Assembly (NCBI GenBank): GCA_963727485.1
Contig: CAVSGM010000002.1
Coordinates: 960,001-1,024,000 of the forward strand
Direction: 5' to 3'
Origin: an uncultured delta proteobacterium
GTDB lineage: Bacteria; Myxococcota; Myxococcia; SLRQ01
Length of the DNA: 64,000 bases
The position numbers were made by a program, and so were the translations under genes. Each line of letters opens with the position of its first letter. Position 1 is the first letter of the stretch. Of the stretch, positions 20,685 to 30,258 are shown piece by piece. The notes under the pieces were generated by a model that saw only the letters and a list, made by a program, of their open reading frames with translations, searched no databases and was not told the DNA's origin.

Positions 20685-22643
20685 CTATCCCGCACCCTGT
20701 TTCCACCAGTCGGCGAGCGCCCCCCGGTCCCGGAAGCGCGGGCAGGGGGGCAGGGTGCGGATGAAGTGGGCCCGGTAGCCCCGGGTGGCCAGCCGCACGT
20801 CGCAGATGGCGACGAGGCCCCGGTCCTTCCGGGTGCGGATGAGGCGCCCGAAGCCCTGCTTGAGGGCGAGGGCCGCCTGGGGGAGCTGGAGGGTGTCGAA
20901 GGGGCTCTGGCCCCGGCGGCGCACCGCGTCGAGACGCGCCGAGACCACCGGGTCGCCGGGGGAGGCGAAGGGGAGCTTGTCGATGACCACCAGGGAGAGC
21001 GCCTCCCCAGGGACGTCCACCCCCTCCCAGAAGCTCTGGGTCGCCACCAGCACCGACGGCGTCTTGCGGAAGCGCTCGAGGAGCGCGTTCTTGGGGGCGT
21101 CGCCCTGACGCAGGAGCGGCCAGGGCAGCCGCCCCTGGAGGTGCTCGTGGATCGCCCGGAGGTTCTTGTGGCTGGTGCACAGGACGAAGGCCCGGCCCTC
21201 GGTGAGCTCGCACAGCGCCACCACCTCGTCGGCCACCGCCTCGGCGAAGGCCGGGTCGTTCGGTTCACAGATCCCGTCGGGGACGTAGAGGGCGGCCTGG
21301 GTCTCATACTCGAAGGGCGAGGGGAGGATGGCCTCGTCGAGGTCGAAGCGATCGCCTCCTTCCCCGGGCTCATCGGCCAGACCGGTGCGCGCCTTGAAAA
21401 AGGAAAAGCCCTGGTTGGTGGCCAGGGTGGCGCTGGTGAAGATGCAGGTGTCCACCCGGCGCAGGAGCCGGTCGCGCAGCGCCTCGGCCACGTCGATGGG
21501 CGAGGCGTGGAGGAAGGTGCCGCCGCCGCGGACCTCGGACCAGTAGACCTGGTCCGGGTCGGCCTGGGCGGTGATCGCCTCGAGGGTGTCCTTGAGCTCC
21601 CGGGCCCGGCGCTCGAGGCCGGCGACCTCCTCGTCCGCCTCGGCGCCGCTCCCGGCCACCGCCCCCAGCACCGAGAGGGACTCGAGGAGCCGGCCGAGCT
21701 CGTCGTCGGCGGAGTCGAAGGCGGCGGGGGTCACCCGGTTCCGGCCGTCGGGGAGCCGCAGGGCCTGGAAGAACGCCGCCTGCCGCCCCTCGAGGCGGGT
21801 GGCGGCCTCGCCCAGGGCCCGGGCCAGGGAGGCGTTGGCGGCGGCGAGACGCCCGGCGTCCCGGGCCAGATCCCGGGCCTTGTAGCTGGAGATCGACTGG
21901 CCGAAGAAGGTGGTGGCCACGTCCTCCACCGCGTGGGCCTCGTCGAAGACCACCGCGTCGTAGCGGGGGATGACCTCGGCGCCGGCGAGCAGCCCCGCCT
22001 CGGAGGTGCGCAGGGCGAGGTCGGCGAAGAACAGGTGGTGGTTGACCACCACCAGGTCCGCCGCCGCCGCCTCGGCCCGGGCGGCCATCACGAAGCAGTC
22101 CTCGTAGTGGGCGCAGCGCTGGCCGATGCAGGTATCGGAGGTGGAGACGATCTCCGGCCAGGCGCCCCAGGTCTCGGCGACCTCGCTCACCTCGGCCCGG
22201 TCCCCGGTCCGGGTGGTCTCGGTCCACTTGCGCACCGTCTCCCACTGGAGGGCCTCACCCCGGAAGGGGAAGACCGGCTGCTCGGCGAAGCGCGAAAGGC
22301 GCAGGCGGCACAGGTAGTTCCCCCGGCCCTTGAGGAGCGCCGCGTGGAAGGGGATCCCCAGGGTCCGCTGGAGGAACGGCAGGTCCTTGTAGAAGATCTG
22401 GTCCTGGAGGGCCCGGGTCGCCGTGGAGACCACCACCTTGCGCCCGGAGAGGATCGCCGGGACCAGGTAGGCGAGGGTCTTGCCGGTGCCGGTCCCCGCC
22501 TCGACCACCAGGTGGTGGCGCTCGGCCAGCGACTCGGCCACGCGCCGCGCCATCTCCCGCTGCTGGGGACGATCCTCGTAGCCCGGGCTCCGGGTGGCGA
22601 GCAGCCCCCCGGGGCCGAGGATGAGCTCCAGGTCCTCGGTCAT
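20685..22643 (-). CDS. DinG/YoaA-family ATP-dependent helicase
   Basis: EAGTGTGKT, KGRGNYLC, Fe-S cysteines, DEAH, SATL, FWEGVDVPG, QGFGRLIR. Confidence 0.93.
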   Translation of the reverse strand: MTEDLELILGPGGLLATRSPGYEDRPQQREMARRVAESLAERHHLVVEAGTGTGKTLAYLVPAILSGRKVVVSTATRALQDQIFYKDLPFLQRTLGIPFHAALLKGRGNYLCRLRLSRFAEQPVFPFRGEALQWETVRKWTETTRTGDRAEVSEVAETWGAWPEIVSTSDTCIGQRCAHYEDCFVMAARAEAAAADLVVVNHHLFFADLALRTSEAGLLAGAEVIPRYDAVVFDEAHAVEDVATTFFGQSISSYKARDLARDAGRLAAANASLARALGEAATRLEGRQAAFFQALRLPDGRNRVTPAAFDSADDELGRLLESLSVLGAVAGSGAEADEEVAGLERRARELKDTLEAITAQADPDQVYWSEVRGGGTFLHASPIDVAEALRDRLLRRVDTCIFTSATLATNQGFSFFKARTGLADEPGEGGDRFDLDEAILPSPFEYETQAALYVPDGICEPNDPAFAEAVADEVVALCELTEGRAFVLCTSHKNLRAIHEHLQGRLPWPLLRQGDAPKNALLERFRKTPSVLVATQSFWEGVDVPGEALSLVVIDKLPFASPGDPVVSARLDAVRRRGQSPFDTLQLPQAALALKQGFGRLIRTRKDRGLVAICDVRLATRGYRAHFIRTLPPCPRFRDRGALADWWKQGAG

Positions 22644-22656
22644 GGCGACGTCGGGG

Positions 22657-23496
22657 CTAGCGGGCGATGCGGACCTCGACGGCGCCGTCGGGGACGTGGA
22701 GGGGGAAGAGGATGGACTCGACCCCGTCCCGGGCCAGCGGGTACCCCTCCCAGGGCGGCCCGATCTCCACCTCCCGGCCGACCTGGGCCAGGCGCGCGGC
22801 GGCGTTGCCGCAGACCACGTTGCACAGCTCCTTGACCGCGTCGAGGCAGGTGTCGTCGTCGACCGCGGCGCCGTCGCCGGTGAGCTGGGCGCCGATGCGC
22901 CGGGCGAGGTCCTGGGAGACCGAGAGGGTGTAGTGGGCCTCGACGTCGCCGCTCAAGGTGATGCTGGCGGTGACCAGGCGGTCCACCGGCGCCCGGGCGC
23001 CTCGCTCTCCGGCGCCCACCTTGCACGTCAGGCCCACCAGGCGCGCCAGGAGCTTGGCGGTGAGGTCCACCGGGACCGCGAGGATCCCGGCGCCCTCGAC
23101 CCCCTCGGGGAAGGCCACCTCGCCCACCTCGTAGCTCGACTGGTCGGCGCGGAAGGCCTCGAGCTCCCGGGTGAGGATGGGGGCGTCGACCTTCCCCAGG
23201 GCCTCGAGGGCCTCGCCGAGGCGGAGGTAGTCGTTCTGCTGGAGGACGAGGAGCTCCCGGAGCTGGTCGGCGGAGAGCAGGCCCAGGTCCACGGCGATCT
23301 CCCCGAAGCGCTTGTCCTCGGTGAGCTGGACCCGGTTGACCGCCACGGCCTGGGCGCTGGTGAGGTAGCCCTGGCGCACCGCGTACTCCCCGAGGCGCAG
23401 GTTCTGGGCGTCCTGGGCCTGGATCGCCTCGAGGAGCGCCTGGCGCCCGATGACCCCCCGCTCCAGGAGGAACTGACCGAAGAACTTCACCGACAC
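22657..23496 (-). CDS. MshEN-repeat / CheX phosphatase fusion
   Basis: Four 24-aa (R/F)(L/F)G repeats with 5-aa spacers; C-terminal DAVKELCNVVCGN ExxN motif. Confidence 0.8.
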   Translation of the reverse strand: MSVKFFGQFLLERGVIGRQALLEAIQAQDAQNLRLGEYAVRQGYLTSAQAVAVNRVQLTEDKRFGEIAVDLGLLSADQLRELLVLQQNDYLRLGEALEALGKVDAPILTRELEAFRADQSSYEVGEVAFPEGVEGAGILAVPVDLTAKLLARLVGLTCKVGAGERGARAPVDRLVTASITLSGDVEAHYTLSVSQDLARRIGAQLTGDGAAVDDDTCLDAVKELCNVVCGNAAARLAQVGREVEIGPPWEGYPLARDGVESILFPLHVPDGAVEVRIAR

Positions 23497-23500
23497 GGGC

Positions 23501-23878
23501 TCAAGCCTCCCCCGTGAGGCAGCGGTCGAGGGTGGCGACCACCTCGCCGGCCTCGAAGGGCTTGGAGATCACGGCCAGGGCCCCGAGGCGCAGGGCCTCG
23601 GCGACCTTCTCCCCCACCCCGCCCACCGACGAGATCATGACCACCCGGGCCCGGGCGTCCATGCCCAGGATCGCCCGGAGGGCCTGGAGCCCGTCCATCA
23701 CCGGCATCACGATGTCCATGAGCACCACGTCCGGGCGGTCCGCGGCGTAGCTGGTGACCGCCTCGGCGCCGTTGCGCGCCTGGCGGACCATGGTGAACCG
23801 GCCGGTGTCCGCCAGGAGGCGGTCGAGCTGCCGACCCACCGCCAGGGAGTCGTCGACGACCAGGACCCGAGGGGACAT
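23501..23878 (-). CDS. CheY-like response regulator
   Basis: MSPRVLVVDDS...LMDIVMP...MISS...SKPF. Confidence 0.9.
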   Translation of the reverse strand: MSPRVLVVDDSLAVGRQLDRLLADTGRFTMVRQARNGAEAVTSYAADRPDVVLMDIVMPVMDGLQALRAILGMDARARVVMISSVGGVGEKVAEALRLGALAVISKPFEAGEVVATLDRCLTGEA

Positions 23879-23984
23879 GCCCGGAGTATAGCGGTCGCCC
23901 GGCCGGCGCGGCCAGCGGCGTCTGGGGGCCGCCCCCGCCCGGGCGGGCTTGTCTTCCCACGGGCCACGTTGCATATCCTCGGGC

Positions 23985-24575
23985 ATGGCTCGGATGGTGG
24001 AGTTCTTCTACGACGTCGGCAGCCCCTACTCCTACCTCGCCGCCAGCCGCGTCGAGGCGCTGGCCGAGCGGCACCAGGCGGTCCTGGCCTGGCGCCCCTT
24101 TCTCCTCGGCGGGGTGTTCAAGTCCTTGAGCCTCACCGCCCCGGCGGCCCAGGCCCCGGCCAAGGCCCGCTACATGCTCACCGACCTCACCCGGTGGGCC
24201 GAGCGCCTGGAGGTGCCCTTCCGGCTCAACCCCCAGTTCCCGGTGAACACCCTCACCGCCATGCGGATGATCGTCGCCGGCGAGGAGCGGGGGAACCAGA
24301 TGCCCCTGATGCGGCGGTTCTTCCGGGCGATGTGGGCCGAGGGCCTCGACCTCGCCGACCCCGAGGTCCTGGTGCGCCTCGCCGACGAGGCCGGGGTCCC
24401 GGGCCGGCCCCTCCTCGAGCGCGCCGGGGCCGGCCACGTGAAGGACCGGCTCCGGGCGATCACCGAGGAGGCCGTCTCCCGGGGCGCCTTCGGGGCCCCG
24501 ACGATCTTCGTCGGCGACGAGATGTTCTTCGGCAACGACCGCCTCGACTTCCTGGAGGCGGCCCTTGCGGCCTAG
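23985..24575 (+). CDS. 2-hydroxychromene-2-carboxylate isomerase / DsbA-like (GST kappa) protein
   Basis: EFFYDVGSPYSYLA, PFLLGG, GAFGAPT, FFGNDRL. Confidence 0.9.
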   Translation: MARMVEFFYDVGSPYSYLAASRVEALAERHQAVLAWRPFLLGGVFKSLSLTAPAAQAPAKARYMLTDLTRWAERLEVPFRLNPQFPVNTLTAMRMIVAGEERGNQMPLMRRFFRAMWAEGLDLADPEVLVRLADEAGVPGRPLLERAGAGHVKDRLRAITEEAVSRGAFGAPTIFVGDEMFFGNDRLDFLEAALAA

Positions 24576-25422
24576 GCGTTCAGCCGCCCGCGCCCTGGCC
24601 GCCGGGGTGGTCGCCGGGGTGGTCGCCGCCGCGACCGTCGCCCTGGTGCCCCGCCCGGCCGCGGCCCAGGAGGTGGCGCCCAGGCCCCTTCGCCTCCGCG
24701 ACATCGACCCCCGGAGCACCCTCTCGGTCCTCACCCAGTTCGGGCAGATGGGCAGCACCTCGGGCCTCGCCTTCCCCATCGGCATCAGCTACCAGCTCTC
24801 GCCCGAGGTCGCCTTCGACATCGAGTTCCCCTTCGGGTACGTGAACCTCCCGGGCCAGACCCCGACGCCCCTGGTGGGCAACCTCGGCGTCGGGGCCCAC
24901 GCCTCCAAGGTCCAGCGGGTCGGCGAGTCGGGCCTCCTGCGCTACGGCGCCGCCCTCGAGGGCCGGGCCCCCACCGCGCCCCGGACCGGGCCCGGCGCCG
25001 CGAGCCTCTCCCTGCTCCGGGCGGTCTCGGTGTACCGCTCCGACCGCTGGACGCCCGGCTCGGGGGCGGTGCGCCTGTCCCTCGACGCCGCCTACGCCCA
25101 GGGCCGGGTGAGCGCCCAGGTGGAGGCCGGCGGCGGGGTGGTCCTGCCCCTGGACAACCGGCCGGCGACCCTCACCCTCCACTACGGGCTGATGCTCGCC
25201 GCCCGGGCCTGGCAGGGCCTGTGGGCCATGGTCGAGGTCGCCGGGGCGGTGGTGGCGCCGGGGGTCCCAGGCAATCCCGGAGGGCACGTGCTCACCGTGG
25301 CCCCGGGGCTGCGCTTCGACCTCGGCGGGGTGGCGCCGGCGGTCTACGTGGCGTTCCCGGTGATGGGCTCGGTGGGCGCCAACCGGCCCATCGTCATCGG
25401 CCTCGAGGTCGCCAGCTACTAG
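24565..25422 (+). CDS. Exported hypothetical protein, possible outer-membrane beta-barrel (start uncertain)
   Basis: Signal-like N-terminus ending AAA-Q, amphipathic strands, terminal aromatic residue (IGLEVASY). Confidence 0.6.
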   Translation: MRPRRSAARALAAGVVAGVVAAATVALVPRPAAAQEVAPRPLRLRDIDPRSTLSVLTQFGQMGSTSGLAFPIGISYQLSPEVAFDIEFPFGYVNLPGQTPTPLVGNLGVGAHASKVQRVGESGLLRYGAALEGRAPTAPRTGPGAASLSLLRAVSVYRSDRWTPGSGAVRLSLDAAYAQGRVSAQVEAGGGVVLPLDNRPATLTLHYGLMLAARAWQGLWAMVEVAGAVVAPGVPGNPGGHVLTVAPGLRFDLGGVAPAVYVAFPVMGSVGANRPIVIGLEVASY

Positions 25423-25510
25423 GCGCGCGTCGGGGGTACGCCGCCCGGCTGGTGCACCACCGCCAATCCGCTCCGCGCCGAGGGCTCCCTCGGCACCCCT
25501 CGGAACGCGT

Positions 25511-25568
25511 CACGTTGGGATACGCTGGGAGACGTTGGGGCGGATTGCCCCAGTGGGATACGTTGTGA
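25511..25568. repeat. Degenerate 10-bp tandem repeat (nACGYTGGGA)
   Basis: CACGTTGGGA, TACGCTGGGA, GACGTTGGGG, then CAGTGGGA and TACGTTGTGA, in the gap between convergent genes. Confidence 0.65.
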
Positions 25569-25669
25569 TGCGCTCGACGGGTCGCGCCCCCTCCGCCGCC
25601 CGGGCACGCCCCGCGCCTCGCGCGGCGCGGCGCCATCGGCCACACGCGCCCAGGCGTGGGATCCCACGC

Positions 25670-26710
25670 CTAGACGCCGGGCGCCCGGCCCGGGACCGGG
25701 TGGTCCGGCCCCGGCCCGGGCCGGCGATAGCGCAGGTGGACCTGCGGGGCCCCGCCCACCGCCTCGGCCTTCCGGGCCCCGTCGGGGGCGAAGCCGGCGG
25801 CGGCGTAGAACCGCCTCGCCCGGGCGTTGGCCTCGAGGACCCACACCACCGCCCCGGCCTCGCCGCCGGGCCACCGCGCCCGGTCGAAGAGGGCCCGCCC
25901 CACCCCGGTGCCCCAGCTCGCCTGCCGGAGGTAGACGGCGTAGACCTCGTGGGTCCCGGGGGGCAGGTCCCGGTCCCGGGCGGGGCCGGCGAGGGCGAAG
26001 CCGGTGAGCCCGCCGGCCGCCTCGACCACCAGGGTCTCCCGGCCGGCCTCGGGGCCCTGGCGCAGGGCCTGGCGGTGCATCGCCTCCCGGTCCAGGGGAT
26101 CGAGGCCGTCGAGGAAGGCGTCCGGGAGCAGCCCCCGGTAGGCCTCCCGCCAGGTGGCGACGTGGAGGCGGCCGAGGGCCGGGGCGTCGTCGAGGCGCCC
26201 GGGCCGCAGGGTGGCGCCGGCCCCGGGCACCAACGAGGGCAGGGCCCGCAGCGCCGCCCGGTGGGCCGCCGGGAGGCCGAGGTCCCGGCTCCCCCCATGG
26301 AGGAGGCCCAGGTAGTGGGTGCCAGGCCACACCGGCGGCGCCTGGCGGGAGGCGTCGGTGACCTCGTAGACCCAGGCGTCGAGGGTCTCCCCGCCGGCGA
26401 GGCGCACCGGGAGCCGGCGCCGGTCGTAGACCCTCGGCCGGCCCTCCTTCTCGTCGAGGGCGGCGAAGGTGGCGGCGTCGACGAGGAGCACCGCCCCGTG
26501 CACCGCCTCCCCGGCGGCCGGGCGGACGTCGGCGGCCCCGCCGCCCCGGGTCGGTGAGGGGAGGTCCCAGGCGAGGCGGAAGCCCTCGAGGACCGCCGGG
26601 TGGACCGCGACGATCCCCGGGGCCCCGTGTCCGTGGGCGGCCATCCACCGGGCGAGGTCGGCGCGATGGAGGTTGGAGCCGTAGGCGAAGACCGGGACCG
26701 GGGCTGCCAT
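25670..26710 (-). CDS. Gamma-glutamylcyclotransferase-like + GNAT acetyltransferase fusion
   Basis: VFAYGSNL...LDEKEG (GGCT); LHVATWREAYRGLLP...WGTGVGRAL...WVLEANARARRFY...GF (GNAT). Confidence 0.82.
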   Translation of the reverse strand: MAAPVPVFAYGSNLHRADLARWMAAHGHGAPGIVAVHPAVLEGFRLAWDLPSPTRGGGAADVRPAAGEAVHGAVLLVDAATFAALDEKEGRPRVYDRRRLPVRLAGGETLDAWVYEVTDASRQAPPVWPGTHYLGLLHGGSRDLGLPAAHRAALRALPSLVPGAGATLRPGRLDDAPALGRLHVATWREAYRGLLPDAFLDGLDPLDREAMHRQALRQGPEAGRETLVVEAAGGLTGFALAGPARDRDLPPGTHEVYAVYLRQASWGTGVGRALFDRARWPGGEAGAVVWVLEANARARRFYAAAGFAPDGARKAEAVGGAPQVHLRYRRPGPGPDHPVPGRAPGV

Positions 26711-26769
26711 GGGCCCCACAGGGTAGTCCCTTCGCCGGCGATGCCTAGCCTGCGTCCGGGGGGAACGTC

Positions 26770-27930
26770 ATGGCACGCAGTCGGATCCTGACCACCCACA
26801 CCGGCAGCCTGCCCCGGCCGCCGGCGATCCTGGAACGGCTCCTCGCCCGGGAGCGGGGCGAGGCGGTGGACGGCGCCGAGCTCGAGGGCCGCCTCCGGGA
26901 GGCGGTGGTCGAGGTGGTGCGGCGGCAGGCCGAGGTGGGCCTCGACCTCGTCGGCGACGGGGAGCTGTCCAAGCCCAGCTACGCCACCTACGTCCGCGAC
27001 CGCCTCACCGGCTTCGCCGAGGGCGAGGACGCGCCGTTTCCAATGCCCGCGGACCTCGCCGGGTTCCCCGAGCATGCCCGCACCCTCCTGGGCACCGGCG
27101 CCCTCGAGCGCATCCGCCGCCCGGCGTGCACCGGGCCGGTGCGCTACGGGGACACCGGGCCGGTGAACCGGGACCTCGAGCGCTTCCTCGCCGCCCTCGA
27201 GGGCGTGCCCCACGCGGGCGCCTTCATGACCGCCGCCTCGCCGGGGGTCATCGCCCTCTTCCTGCCCAACCGGCACTACCCCACCGAGGACGCCTACCTC
27301 GAGGCCCTGGGGTCGGCGATGCGCACCGAGTACCAGGCGATAGCCGACGCCGGGCTGACCCTCCAGCTCGACGCCCCGGACCTCGCCATGGGCTTCCACC
27401 TCGCCGGCGCCGGCGACGACCTCGAGGCCTTCCGGGCCAAGGTGCGGCGGCGGATCGAGGTGCTCAACCGCGCCACCGAGGCCATCCCCCCGGAGCGGAT
27501 GCGCCTCCACGTGTGCTGGGGCAACTACGCGGGCCCCCACCACCTCGACGTGGCCCTCGGAGACCTCCTCGACCTGCTGCTCCGGGCGCGACCGGCGGGG
27601 CTCTCCTTCGTCGCCGCCAACCCCCGGCACGCCCACGAGTGGCAGGTGTTCCGGGAGGTGACGCTGCCGGCGGACAAGGTCCTCATCCCCGGGGTGATCG
27701 ATCCCACCACCCCGTTCATCGAGCACCCGGAGGCGGTGGCCGAGCGCCTGGTGCGCTTCGCCGACCTGGTGGGCCCGGAGCGGGTGGTGGCGGGCACCGA
27801 CTGCGGCTTCGGCACCTTCGCGGGGATGGGCCTGGACCCGGCGCTCGCCTGGGCGAAGCTCGGATCCCTGGTCGAGGGGGCGCGCCTCGCCGGAGCCCGC
27901 CTGCCGGTGCGGCCCGACGGCGCGGCCTGA
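26770..27930 (+). CDS. Cobalamin-independent methionine synthase II family protein (catalytic domain only)
   Basis: TTHTGSLPRP, LQLDAPDL, HVCWGN, GTDCGF zinc ligands. Confidence 0.88.
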   Translation: MARSRILTTHTGSLPRPPAILERLLARERGEAVDGAELEGRLREAVVEVVRRQAEVGLDLVGDGELSKPSYATYVRDRLTGFAEGEDAPFPMPADLAGFPEHARTLLGTGALERIRRPACTGPVRYGDTGPVNRDLERFLAALEGVPHAGAFMTAASPGVIALFLPNRHYPTEDAYLEALGSAMRTEYQAIADAGLTLQLDAPDLAMGFHLAGAGDDLEAFRAKVRRRIEVLNRATEAIPPERMRLHVCWGNYAGPHHLDVALGDLLDLLLRARPAGLSFVAANPRHAHEWQVFREVTLPADKVLIPGVIDPTTPFIEHPEAVAERLVRFADLVGPERVVAGTDCGFGTFAGMGLDPALAWAKLGSLVEGARLAGARLPVRPDGAA

Positions 27931-28043
27931 CCCCGCCCCGTGACCTCCGTCACGCGGGGTAGCCCCGAGCGACGGTGCCATTCATCCGTGCTACTCCTGG
28001 GCGAACGGGGGATCCTTTGAACCGAGCCCAGGGAGGGGTCGTG

Positions 28044-29045
28044 ATGAAGAACTACGTTGCTACTGGTCTGTTCTGTCTCGTCGCCGTCGCCGGCTGCGGG
28101 GGTGGGGGCGCGTCCAACGTCTCCGACTTCTGCAGCAGCTACAACGACGCCATCAACAGCCTGGTGGTCAAGTGCCTGGGCGCGCCCCAGGACGCGGTGA
28201 CCACCCAGTTCTCGGCCCAGGACGCCCAGACCTGCAAGAACATGGCCCAGGCGGTGGCCGCCAAGCGCGCCACCTACGACAGCGCCAAGGGCCAGTCCTG
28301 CCTCGACGAGCTCAACGGCATCGCCTGCGCCGACCTCGCCACCTTCGGCGGCCCCAACGATCCCTGCATGACCGCGGTCTCCGGCACCGTGGCCAGCGGC
28401 GGCAGCTGCTACGGCGACAACGACTGCACCTCGGGGAACTTCTGCGACGGGGTGAGCGGCGCCAACTGCCCGGCGAGCTGCAACGCCTACGCCCAGCAGG
28501 GCGACGACTGCACCCAGGGCCAGACCTGCGCCCCCAACCTCTCCTGCGACGGGAGCAAGTGCGCGGCCCCGGCCGCCAAGGGCCAGCCCTGCGGCGGGAA
28601 CAACATGTTCTGCGGCGGCGGCCTCTACTGTGACGGCGTCAACGGCGCCGCGGGCATCTGCCAGCCCGACAAGGCCAAGGGCGAGACCTGCACCGGCGGC
28701 GGTCAGTGCCAGCTCGGCCTCACCTGCATCAGCGGGAGCTGCGCCGCCATCAAGGGCGTGGGCGAGACCTGCAGCGCCGACTCGGACTGCGGCCTCTACA
28801 CCTACTGCAAGTCCGGCAACTGCACCGAGTACCCCGGCACCGGCGCGAGCTGCGGCATCAACGCCAACCAGAGCTTCGTGGACTGCCTGGGCAGCTGGTG
28901 CAAGATCACCAACCAGACCAGCTACACCGGCACCTGCACCGACTACCTGAAGCTCGGCGACACCTGCAGCCCCAACGACTTCGGGTCCTGCGGCGACGCC
29001 GAGTGCGACAACGGGAAGTGCACCGCGGCCTGCGCCGAGAAGTAG
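28044..29045 (+). CDS. Cysteine-rich secreted lipoprotein
   Basis: GGAGG RBS, lipobox VAGC, repeated G-x-x-C-x4-C-x4/5-C modules. Confidence 0.85.
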   Translation: MKNYVATGLFCLVAVAGCGGGGASNVSDFCSSYNDAINSLVVKCLGAPQDAVTTQFSAQDAQTCKNMAQAVAAKRATYDSAKGQSCLDELNGIACADLATFGGPNDPCMTAVSGTVASGGSCYGDNDCTSGNFCDGVSGANCPASCNAYAQQGDDCTQGQTCAPNLSCDGSKCAAPAAKGQPCGGNNMFCGGGLYCDGVNGAAGICQPDKAKGETCTGGGQCQLGLTCISGSCAAIKGVGETCSADSDCGLYTYCKSGNCTEYPGTGASCGINANQSFVDCLGSWCKITNQTSYTGTCTDYLKLGDTCSPNDFGSCGDAECDNGKCTAACAEK

Positions 29046-29155
29046 GCGCGACCCGGCGCGGCACGTGACCGGCTCACGTGCCCCCTGGCGGCGGTCGGCC
29101 TCGAGCCGGCCGCCGCCTCGCGTTCCGTCCCGGGGCGGGACCGGTCCCCGCGCTC

Positions 29156-30256
29156 CTAGGGGCAGGCGGGCGGCGGGCCCTTCGCCTTGCCCTGGGCGTG
29201 GGCCTGCTCCCAGTCGATGAGCGGGTCGCAGATCCTCATCGCCTGCTTCACCGGCGCCGGCAGGGCCTTGGCCTCGGCGGCGGTGTAGCTGGTGGAGCGC
29301 ATGGGGATGGGCGAGAAGGTCAGCACCAGGACCACCAGGCTCACCCAGGCCATCACCCGGGTCCACCTCGGCAGGGGCCGCTCCGGGTGCTCCACCGGCG
29401 GGTGCCGGCCCCCGGAGAGCCGCAGGATCACGGTGATGATCACCACCCACATCAGCCACCCCCACCAGAGGGTGAGGGCGAGGCCGAGGAGGATGCCGCG
29501 GACCACGTCGTTGAGGACGTGGGCGCGGTCGCCGAAGAGCCCGAAGACCACGTGGCCCCCGTCGAGCTGGGCCACCGGGATCATGTTCAGCGCGGTGACG
29601 AAGAGCCCGATCCAGGCGGCGAAGGCCACCTGGCTGATCCACACGTCCTGACCCGGCCCCAGGTGGAACACCAGGTGCTTGGCCCCGAGGTAGAGCAGGG
29701 AGTTCCCCTCGTTGAGGGTGCCGAGGATCGGCGCCACCCCCGGGTCGCGAAGCTGCTGGAGGAGGTGGGGCAGGCCGGCGAGGCCGTGGAGGAGCCCGGT
29801 GTCGGTGAGGGTGTGGGCGGCGCCGGTGAGGGGCACCACCTGCGAGAGGGTGAGCCCGTAGAAGAGCAGGGGCAGGGCGACCACCATCCCCGCCAGGGGC
29901 CCGGCGGCGCCGATGGCGATCAGCGCCTTGCGGTCGGGGATCCGGTCGTCCATGCGGATGACCGCCCCGAAGGTCCCGAAGGCGATGGGGATGGGGATGA
30001 AGTAGGGCAGCGAGGCGTCCACCCGGTAGTGCCGGGCGACGACGTAGTGCCCCATCTCGTGGGCGAGGAGGATGCCGATGAGGGTGAGGCAGTAGGCGAG
30101 CCCGCCGACCCAGAGGGTGGAGAGCACCGTGGCCACGAAGAGCAGGGCGTTGAGGCGCCAGCCCCCGAAGAGGCGGCGCAGGGCCGAGGGCGGCGCCGCG
30201 GCGTCCGCGGGGAGCTCCACGGGGCGCGCGGTGGGACCGGGAGACGGCTCGGCCAT
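29156..30256 (-). CDS. Site-2 protease (M50) intramembrane metalloprotease
   Basis: HEMGH, AAGPLAG, NMIPVAQLDGGH. Confidence 0.92.
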   Translation of the reverse strand: MAEPSPGPTARPVELPADAAAPPSALRRLFGGWRLNALLFVATVLSTLWVGGLAYCLTLIGILLAHEMGHYVVARHYRVDASLPYFIPIPIAFGTFGAVIRMDDRIPDRKALIAIGAAGPLAGMVVALPLLFYGLTLSQVVPLTGAAHTLTDTGLLHGLAGLPHLLQQLRDPGVAPILGTLNEGNSLLYLGAKHLVFHLGPGQDVWISQVAFAAWIGLFVTALNMIPVAQLDGGHVVFGLFGDRAHVLNDVVRGILLGLALTLWWGWLMWVVIITVILRLSGGRHPPVEHPERPLPRWTRVMAWVSLVVLVLTFSPIPMRSTSYTAAEAKALPAPVKQAMRICDPLIDWEQAHAQGKAKGPPPACP

Positions 30257-30258
30257 CT

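Noticed and set aside
25511..25568. Repeats as a CRISPR array
   Set aside because: Units are only 10 bp, there are no unique spacers, and no cas genes are present.
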